Positions 39,619 through 50,080 of a stretch of DNA of 64,000 nucleotides are shown here, piece after piece. The DNA is taken from NCBI GenBank assembly GCA_965113315.1, contig OZ220363.1; one strand, 5' to 3'. The translations under genes were made by a program, and so were the position numbers. The stretch is from Podarcis vaucheri. Its lineage: Eukaryota. Positions within the stretch are counted from its first letter, which is position 1. Every line of letters starts with the position of its first letter. The notes under the pieces were generated by a model, which ran no database searches, was not told the origin of the DNA, and worked only from the letters and a program-made list of their open reading frames with translations.

Positions 39619-42600
39619 GGTTTTGGTGTCTTCGGGTGTCTTCCCGTGTAAGAGTCAGGGTGTCTGTGCGACGTTTCGACGAGGTCTCACTCGTCATCTT
39701 CAGGCTGGTGCTTTCGGCTTCTTGTTACTGGAACAGAGCAGAGTCTGGTGTTTGAGTTCCTATAAATACTGTTGAGGGGTGTGGTGTATAGCCTCCAACG
39801 TTCTGGGCAGAGAGGAAGTTCCTAGATTAGTGTGCCTTTTCTTCTTTTGTTCCTTAATTACTTGAGGGATATCTTGGGTGATTTCATGAGTGATATTCTG
39901 AATATCACTGGGTGGGTCATTAAGTGTAGATTAGTTGCTAAAGCTTTCGTGTCTTGACCTCTTGGGCTTGTGAAGAGTTTTTCTGAGAAGATGGCTGCGC
40001 TGCATTTAGTTGTGCTCTGGCTTGGCTTCGTGTATAGGGGCGAGCTATGGTTTTGTGCCTTGTGCCAGCCAGATCTGTGTAGGGATTGCAGGGGGGTGCA
40101 GCATCCGGAGGTGCCACTATAGTTTGGCTACTGGATGGAGTCTGTAATATGTCTGTGGAGAGGGTCTGGGTTTGGGTCTGGTGTGGTTGATTGGTGACGG
40201 CGTTCTGTGTGCCTCTGGTTCTGGTGTCGGTTTTTGTGGGGAGGGCTAATTTCCAGATGTCTGGCAGGCGGGACGTGTCGTCACGCTTGTTCATGTTGTG
40301 AGGGTGTTTCTCTATCTCGATGGCTTCCATGATTATTCTCTTGTGGTGATGTTCCATGTTAAAGAGCAATTTGGAATCTGCAAAATTAATTTCGTGTCCT
40401 GTTTCTTTCATGTGTTGGAAAAGAGAGGAAGTTTTTTCTTCTTTTTTGACGGCATTCTTGTGTTCTGCGATACGTGCATTTATTCGTCTGTTTGTTTGTC
40501 CAATGTACGTGGCTGGGCAGACTTTGCAGGGTATTTCATAGACCCCTTGGTTTTCCAGCTGGATTTTGTCTTTTGGGTTTCTGAGGATATTGGCTATTTT
40601 TTGGTTGGTGCAGAAGGCTGTTTTGATATTGTGTTTATGGAGGATTTTGCTGATTTTGTCTGTAGTGCCCTTGATATAAGGAAGGAGGGCCATGCCATTG
40701 TTTTCTTCTGTGTCTTGGTTTTTGGGGGGTGTTTCTTTTTGGATTAGCTTCGTAACCCTGTTTTTCTGGTATCCATTGGCGATTAACACATTTGAGAGAT
40801 TCTGTAACTCAGTTGTCAAGTGGTCTTTGTCAGCCAGGCGTTTGGTTCTGGAGATGAGAGTCTTGGCTACGGAGTTTATTTGTGCAGGGTGGTGGTGTGA
40901 TTGTGCATGTAAGTAGCGGTTGGTGTGTGTGTTTTTCCGGTAGATAGTGTGTCCTAGGGAGCCATCAGGTTTTTTGTAGATTAGGACGTCAAGAAAGGGG
41001 AGTTGGTTGTTGTCTTCTATTTCCATAGTGAATTGTATTTTGGGGTGTAGGCTGTTGAGATGTGTGAGGAAGCTATCTAGTTTTTCTTTCCCGTGTGGCC
41101 AAATTACAAAGGTGTCGTCAACATATCTGAGCCAAAGTTTGGGTTTGTGTTCTGACTTGTCTAAAGCATTGGTTTCAAAGTGTTCCATGTACAAATTTGC
41201 GATGACCGGTGAGAGGGGTGATCCCATAGGTGCTCCTTCTATCTGTTTGTATCTTTGTCCATTGTGGATGAAGTACGTGTTGGTTAGGCAGTGGTTGGTC
41301 AGGTCCAGGATGTATTTGGGGGGGTTGTATTTGTTTTGAATGGCTGTCAAGGCTTCATTAATGGGCACTTGAGTGAAGAGAGATACAACATCGAAGCTCA
41401 CAAGTAGGTCATCGGGATGTAGGTATTGTTTCTTTATTGTTTCTATGAACTGGAAGGAGTTAGTAACGTGTGAAGCGATGGATTCTGCATAGGGCTGAAG
41501 TTGCTTAGCGAGAAATTTAGCGAGATTTTGTAGAGGTGAGCCTATGGAGCTGACTATTGGTCTGAGTGGTGTTCCTTCTTTGTGTATCTTGGGGAGACCG
41601 TAGAGTTTGGGGCATCTGGATGATTTTTCTCTGGGGATGATTCTTAGCTGGATTTCTTCACTGATAGGAGAGGCTTTTATTTTGGATTTGGTGGTTTTTT
41701 CCAGATAGGTGGTGGGATCTGTTTTTATAGGTTGGTAGGTAGGGTCTTGGAGTAGATTTGATAGTTTTGCTTGGTAGTCCGATGTGTTCATCACAACAGT
41801 GGCGTTGCCTTTGTCTGCTGGGAGAATGATTATGTTGTTGTCTTTCCTCAGGTTGGTGAGTGCTTTCTGTTCTTCTTTGTGTAAATTGCTTCTGGGTGGT
41901 TTGCTGGAGCAGAGGATGTTGGTGACTTCAAGTCTGATTTTATTGGCTTCATCTGGGTCGATTTTGGTCAGGCTAGCTTCGACTCCGCATATGATGTTTT
42001 CCGTGGGGATGCGTCTCGGGGCGACTGCAAAGTTGAAACCTTTGGAGAGTACTTTGGTTTCAGTTGGGGTGAGGATCCTGTTTGATATGTTATGTACTGT
42101 TTGTTTCATGGGTTGTTGTGGAGGGTGGCTGGGCTTCTGGCGTTTCTCTAGTTTGTAGAGTTTGTTGGTGTGTCTGTCTGTCTTATGTGAGGTCTCAGTT
42201 TCAGCTCTCCAGACGGCTAGTTGTTTGCATTTGTCCCAGAGTGCAGGGTGGATTTTGTTACATAGTTTGAGGTGAAGAGTGAGCAGATCTTTGTTGGTTT
42301 GGTTTAGTAGGTATCTTTTCTTATGTATTTCGTTTCTGATTAGGGATAGTTCAGTTCGTTTCAGGATCCTTTCGGTAGCTGGGGTTTTAGAGTGGAATTT
42401 AAGTTGGAAGCATGTGGGAGTTAAGTTGTTGTCTCGGCAGTTGCGTAGGAACAGGAGATCACATAAGATGGTGGCTCTTCGGATTTCTAGTTTCTCGTAG
42501 GTTCTTGTCAGCTGGAAGGTTTCCTCCCCGTAGAGGTGAGATATTTGCTTTCGTAGATTTTCACGGGTACAGGAATGCAGGTTTTGGTGTCTTCGGGTGT

Positions 42601-44447
42601 CTTCCCGTGTAAGAGTCAGGGTGTCTGTGCGACGTTTCGACGAGGTCTCACTCGTCATCTTCAGGCTGGTGCTTTCGGCTTCTTGTTACTGGAACAGAGC
42701 AGAGTCTGGTGTTTGAGTTCCTATAAATACTGTTGAGGGGTGTGGTGTATAGCCTCCAACGTTCTGGGCAGAGAGGAAGTTCCTAGATTAGTGTGCCTTT
42801 TCTTCTTTTGTTCCTTAATTACTTGAGGGATATCTTGGGTGATTTCATGAGTGATATTCTGAATATCACTGGGTGGGTCATTAAGTGTAGATTAGTTGCT
42901 AAAGCTTTCGTTGCTAAAGCTTTCGTGTCTTGACCTCTTGGGCTTGTGAAGAGTTTTTCTGAGAAGATGGCTGCGCTGCATTTAGTTGTGCTCTGGCTTG
43001 GCTTCGTGTATAGGGGCGAGCTATGGTTTTGTGCCTTGTGCCAGCCAGATCTGTGTAGGGATTGCAGGGGGGTGCAGCATCCGGAGGTGCCACTATAGTT
43101 TGGCTACTGGATGGAGTCTGTAATATGTCTGTGGAGAGGGTCTGGGTTTGGGTCTGGTGTGGTTGATTGGTGACGGCGTTCTGTGTGCCTCTGGTTCTGG
43201 TGTCGACTTGACAACTTGACAACTGAGTTACAGAATCTCTCAAATGTGTTAATCGCCAATGGATACCAGAAAAACAGGGTTACGAAGCTAATCCAAAAAG
43301 AAACACCCCCCAAAAACCAAGACACAGAAGAAAACAATGGCATGGCCCTCCTTCCTTATATCAAGGGCACTACAGACAAAATCAGCAAAATCCTCCATAA
43401 ACACAATATCAAAACAGCCTTCTGCACCAACCAAAAAATAGCCAATATCCTCAGAAACCCAAAAGACAAAATCCAGCTGGAAAACCAAGGGGTCTATGAA
43501 ATACCCTGCAAAGTCTGCCCAGCCACGTACATTGGACAAACAAACAGACGAATAAATGCACGTATCGCAGAACACAAGAATGCCGTCAAAAAAGAAGAAA
43601 AAACTTCCTCTCTTTTCCAACACATGAAAGAAACAGGACACGAAATTAATTTTGCAGATTCCAAATTGCTCTTTAACATGGAACATCACCACAAGAGAAT
43701 AATCATGGAAGCCATCGAGATAGAGAAACACCCTCACAACATGAACAAGCGTGACGACACGTCCCGCCTGCCAGACATCTGGAAATTAGCCCTCCCCACA
43801 AAAACCGACACCAGAACCAGAGGCACACAGAACGCCGTCACCAATCAACCACACCAGACCCAAACCCAGACCCTCTCCACAGACATATTACAGACTCCAT
43901 CCAGTAGCCAAACTATAGTGGCACCTCCGGATGCTGCACCCCCCTGCAATCCCTACACAGATCTGGCTGGCACAAGGCACAAAACCATAGCTCGCCCCTA
44001 TACACGAAGCCAAGCCAGAGCACAACTAAATGCAGCGCAGCCATCTTCTCAGAAAAACTCTTCACAAGCCCAAGAGGTCAAGACACGAAAGCTTTAGCAA
44101 CTAATCTACACTTAATGACCCACCCAGTGATATTCAGAATATCACTCATGAAATCACCCAAGATATCCCTCAAGTAATTAAGGAACAAAAGAAGAAAAGG
44201 CACACTAATCTAGGAACTTCCTCTCTGCCCAGAACGTTGGAGGCTATACACCACACCCCTCAACAGTATTTATAGGAACTCAAACACCAGACTCTGCTCT
44301 GTTCCAGTAACAAGAAGCCGAAAGCACCAGCCTGAAGATGACGAGTGAGACCTCGTCGAAACGTCGCACAGACACCCTGACTCTTACACGGGAAGACACC
44401 CGAAGACACCAAAACCTGCATTCCTGTACCCGTGAAAATCTACGAAA

Positions 44448-44495
<48 letters not shown>

Positions 44496-47392
44496 AAGCA
44501 GCCCTGAGACTATGTAGGCCCTGTGCCTTATATTTCCAAACAATGTATCCCAGAGTAGTAAGAAGATGCTTTCAGTTAGAAGAACGCCAAGATGTCTGAG
44601 GTTATATCAGCTCTGCATGCTCCAACAACTCTTTCGGAAATCTGAAGCGTTCTTAAAAACGGACTGCAGCACAGCAAGAAGGCTTGTTCAGTTTGTGTCA
44701 GCAAAGAATGCTGGTTGAGGGGTCATCAAAATGTGACACTAGTAAAGTGGTCTTGCTCCCAGGGACCATAGCTCAGTAGCAGAGCACAGGCTGTGAATGC
44801 ATAAGAATCCAGATTTGAACTCCAGCATCTCCAGTTAACAGGATCACAGGTAGCCATAATGGGAAAGCGTGTTCTCCTTCATGGAGAGCACGTGTTGCGG
44901 TGGGGGCCGCCAGTACACTCCAAAGTTGTGGGGTGGGCTAATTGATCGTTGGCCACTGTTGTGATTGGGCTTCCCTTCTTGTTGGGAAGAAGTTAATGTT
45001 GCCATTTGTTGATTGACAGCCAGAAATGCTAAAACTCCTTGCACGAAGCTAGGGCTTCCTCTTTTCACCTGTGCATCGGATTGCCCGTCCCCCCTCTCTA
45101 TATTTAGGGTTGTTCGCTCCCTATATTTAGGGTTGTTCGCTTTGACCTTGCTATGCCTGTCATGGGGTCGTCTGCTCTTGGGGCAGGGGCCCAGTAGGAA
45201 TTTTGTCCATCTGGCTGATTGGCTGGGGCCATTTGGTTTTTGCCTACTGCGTAGCAAATTGTCACAACTTGTAAGGTTGCGGTTAGGCATTGGTTTATGG
45301 TTTGGTTGGTGGAGGGGCATGGATTGGCTGTGCCTGCCCCTCTAATGCTGCTGCTGCAAGGGATTCCATTAAAGGAATCGGGGGCTAACTATTGCTTGTC
45401 CACCCTGTCAAGGTGGCTTGGGCCATGCAAGAGCTCCTGGTTGCATTTGGGGAGGGCTGAGGGCAGGTTCCCTGCTCCGTCGCTACCCCCAAGTGTATTC
45501 CCCTTTTCTGACTTTCGCAGGCGTGCGGAATGTCAGTCTGTTCCCCATGGGGGGTGCAGATAGTCACAACCAATGCCTAAGCAACCACTCACATTTTTGT
45601 ATTTTAATAAAGTTGTGGCCAAAATTATGCCAAAAAAACCTTAAACAAAAAATTCTGTGAGATGTGTGAGTTATTGGGGTGGTCCTGGGGACCTCGACAC
45701 ATAAAGAGAGAGAGGTGCATCAGTGACCCAGAGATAAATGCACAAATAATCTAACCCTGGAATAAGGCACAGCTTGTTTTGTACCTATGTGTAGGACTGA
45801 TTTTTCATGGGACCATAGGGAAATAGTTGTGTTAGTACAGAAAAGGAAATTAATTCCTTGAGTTAGTAAACCTTGACCTCGTTTTCAGAAACGCAGAATA
45901 AGGTACTTGCTTTGCACCGGCGTGTCAGTGAGTGCCTTGTCCCCTTGGCTTTGCAAAGTTACCAGTGTGAAATAAACCCCTTTCCGTTCCATCAGCTCCT
46001 CGTGTTTCCCCCTTTCCACTGCTCTTCCATGCTCAAAGCCAATTATGACATCAGCAGTTCTGATTGAGGACAAGCGGTGAGCAATGGAGATGGCCGTGCG
46101 CCCAACGCGAGCCTAAAGCAATAGGGGGGGGGGAAATATCGGTGAAGCAAACAGATGAGTAAAACAGGTAGGCTTTGGTCTCTTTGCTTTTTTGTGTGTG
46201 GTCGGTCACGGAGCATGGAATGAAGCCTAACTGGTTTAAGGACATGCAAAGAGCTCTATTGGATCAGACTAATGGCCCATCAAGGCCACTCACCATTGCA
46301 AACCAGGTGCCTATGAGATGCTTGCAAGAGGGGCATGAATGCTGGTACACAGAAATCTGTACATTCTGTGTGTGCCCGTCAAGCTGTCTTACACCAGCAC
46401 TGATATTTATATTCATTTCCAAGCAAATGTTTGAAGAGCAGCATTCCTACCTCCCATCTCCAGCATTGCCTGCTATTTACTGAACAATTCCCCCCGCTTT
46501 TTAAACTTTGTGCTTGTGCGCTTCCTGGCTGTGCAGTTCTGGTATTGGAACACTCATCTACTCCCATATAAATGAGTACGAAAGGTTGGAAGCTTAAAAG
46601 CTGTGGGTTTCATTTAACTAAGACATACTCAGAGCAGACCCACTGAGATCAAAGGACTTCAGTCAGTCGTGCCCATGGATTTCAATGGGTCCATTCAGTA
46701 CAGGAAACACTACCTCTTCCATCTCATTCCCCAACATGACTCTTCCCAACAGCTCTTTGAGATCTGTGTTGTGAAAGTCTTTGGGGGTAAACTCTTCCCC
46801 ACCACAGGTTGAGCTTCTGATCTGCCACTGCTCCCTTCCCACGTTTCCACTGTTAACAAGCCTAACAATTCTGGAAACTGCATGCATGTTTGTTGGTTAA
46901 TGGGAGGGTGTGAGGTTCTACGCTGTAGAACCTCGCATCCACTCTACTGATTTTCTTATGGAAACATGCAGCAAGTTCCAGAGCGCACATAGCGGGGGCC
47001 CGGCCTTGCTCCTAAAGGCATTTCAAGAACACCAATTTTGCATTGGAGCAAATGCAAAGCTCTGAATAGCACTGTCGTTGTTGTTGTTGCTAACTGGATT
47101 TTAGCCTGCCCTTCCTCTTTCTCTTCCCCACTCTGATCTCATCCTCACAAGAGAGATTGTGACTGCCTGAATGTGGGGGTTGAATATCGGATTCCCACTC
47201 CTACTCTGGCACTATAATCATTATATCACATTAGGTCTCCTAACCACACCTCACCATAATTTTGTATCTTGTAAACTTATTATAAAAAGAAAGTTGTGGA
47301 GGGGAGAAGAGACTAATCTCTACCATTAAGGAGATTATACTTAAGAGGGTGTGTGTGTTTTTAAAAGTTTCCTACCCCCACCCCCATGATAT

Positions 47393-47442
<50 letters not shown>

Positions 47443-50029
47443 TATTATTATTATTATTATTATCCCCTGCCCATCTGCCCACTCATTAAATATGCCAAAC
47501 CTTATGAAGGGCCTCTTGCACTGTAGCTTCGCTTTTGTTGTCCAGTGCTGATGTAGCCATGTCCAGTAGCAGGATTTTGGGGTTTCGAACCAAAGCACGA
47601 GCAATAGCAATCCGCTGCTTCTGGCCTCCACTCATCTGACCACCACCTTCTCCAACTAGGGTGTCAAATTTCTAAAACAGTGGGATGGGAATATGAAACC
47701 AGTGACAAAGGTCTTTACCTCGATCCTATTCAATGGTGAGAGCTGCACCCATCCTCTGTCTGTGCTCCCAGTGCCGGTGTGAGCCCATGTGTCTCTCTAG
47801 TCTAGCAGGAAACCCCCATGTGATCCCGAAGCAGGTATCATCCACACAATTCTTTGTTAAGGAAATAAAACAAGCTTCTATTCCTCTCTGCATGAAATAG
47901 AACCATGAAAAGAAGTCTGATCCACCTAACCGGGTGCTATCTATCTTTCTTGAGTGTCCTGGGTCTCAGACAATAAATTTCAGCTGGCTTTCTAGCTAAG
48001 GTCTTTTTGGTGGAGCTTACACAATCAAAGCATATTCTCTGCCATGGAGATATGGCTAGATCCCCTCGAAATTGTCAAAATAAGTTTGAGAATGACAAGT
48101 GTTGTATACCCTAACCCACCCCAAAAATATCAAGGCACCTGAAGAAGCAAGTCTCTTATATGTATCTTTGAAGAGAAGAACACCTGGCCATAATGGCCAT
48201 CTAGGTACCTATGGAAGCCCACAACCAATACCTACATGCAACAGCACTCCTCCATCCCCCAACTTGTGTTCCCCAGCAACTTTGACAGTGGAGGTAGAAC
48301 ACAGCCATTGAAAGTCCTTATCCTTCTTCTACTAGCAGTCAACTTACTGAGAACAACCATGTACATTTAAACATCACTTTATGGTCTCTTCATTACCCGG
48401 GAAAAGGAAAAGGAAAAGGAAAAAAGGAAAAGGAAATACCAATAATGGTCTTAATCCAACAGGGGACTGTCTGCTGAGAAGCAATTTACCCAAGAAACTC
48501 CTAGTAGGTGCATGAGTGACTCAGGCACACACCTTGGAATTGCAGCCAATAAACACTGGCATCACCAAAAAAAATCTACTTTCTCTCTCTCTCCTTTGAA
48601 GGAAGGAACCACAAATAAACTTCAAAAGATAGTGGCCACTGTAGAAGACGGCAAGTGTCCATATTGTCTTGAACACTGCGGATAGACCTACACAGTAATG
48701 GTCCACCACCAGCCATGTATAAGAACCCACCAAGGTGTGATAAACGTTCTGTTCTCAATGCCTGCCTGAGGCTACAAAAACAGACAAACACTTCTGGAAG
48801 ACCACAATGCGTGGCTGGTGAGGTGTGCATGACTTTGTAGGTCACAAGCTAGATAGGCATGCAGTCACATCAGGATTTTGAATATTGTAAACTGAAGCTT
48901 GCCTTACCCCAGGCAGATCCATGATAAAGTCGTAGGCATTGGCTTGTTTGGTTGCTCTGATGATGTCTTCCATAGTGGCATCTTCCCGACCATAGCGAAT
49001 GTTCTCTGCAATGGTGGTAGCAAACAGGACGGGTTCCTGCTCAACTATGCCAATCAAAGAACGCAGCCACTGAATATTAAGCGAACGAATATCATGTCCA
49101 TCTAGAGTAATCTACATAACAACAACAAGTTGTTTGCAGGATAAATAGTCATAATACACTTGTTCAGTCACTCAGTATTTGATATTGGAATAGACTTTAC
49201 ACTAGGAATAGATGAATCTGTCAATTTTGGTTTCTCCCAGTTTTCATATTTCCACACTACTACGTGATTTTTTTTGACAAAAAAAGTTCCCATGAAAGTT
49301 CTTTAGCATGAATATTGCTTAATGCACACATTTCTGAAATGCAATTTCCCTAATACAATGCAGTTTTATATGCTATATTTACTAATCAATGTCTTTAAGC
49401 ACTTTGTACCCTACTCTATGAGGGTGGCAGGTGGCACTGTAGCCAAACCACTGAGCCTCTTGGGCTTGCCAATTGGAAGGTCGGCAGTTCGAATCCACAC
49501 GATAGAGTGAGCTCCCAGCTCCTGCCAACCTACCAGTTTGAAAGTATGCCAGTGCAAGTAGATAAATAGGTTCTGCTGTGGCGGGAAGGTAAGTGGTGTT
49601 TCCATGTGCTCTGGCTTCTATCACAGTGTTCCGTTGCACCAGAAGCGGCTTAGTCATGCTGGCTACATGACCCGGAAAGCTTTCTGTGGACAAACGCCAG
49701 CTCCCTCAGCCTGAAAGCGAGATGAGCACCACAACCCCATAGTTGCCTTTGACTGGACTTAACCATACAGGGGTCCTTTACCTTTTTACCTTACCCTATT
49801 CTATGTACATGCTACTTTGCTGGAGAACTGCACTGCAAAATTCAGAAAACTGTGAATTTTGAAGGCTGGCTGGATTTCACTTCATATATTGATTCAGAAA
49901 GCGCAAATTAAGTGTGTTCACCTTTAAATGCAAACTGAATCTAATTTCTCCCCTTACCCTGCTCTATACCAGGGGTCAGCAACCTTTTCAGCCGTGGGTG
50001 GGCCATGTGGTGGGCCAGACTATCCATCC

Positions 50030-50080
<51 letters not shown>

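Larger units (their letters stand above)
39614..44450 (-). mobile_element. Penelope-like element (probably Poseidon group): ~1.2-unit tandem arm 39614-43205 (-) plus inverted 3' arm ~43206-44450 (+), (TA)n on both sides
   Basis: 39614-40229 repeated at 42575-43205; 43214 onward is the reverse complement of 40821 downward; RT + GIY-YIG ORF. Confidence 0.93.

Noticed and set aside
40298-42612. Several + strand ORFs inside the PLE
   Set aside because: Antisense shadows of the RT ORF; no recognisable domains
43183-43213. Apparent N-terminus [11 protein letters not shown] of the 304-aa ORF
   Set aside because: Reads across the inversion junction from a GTG start; a chance fusion rather than a gene
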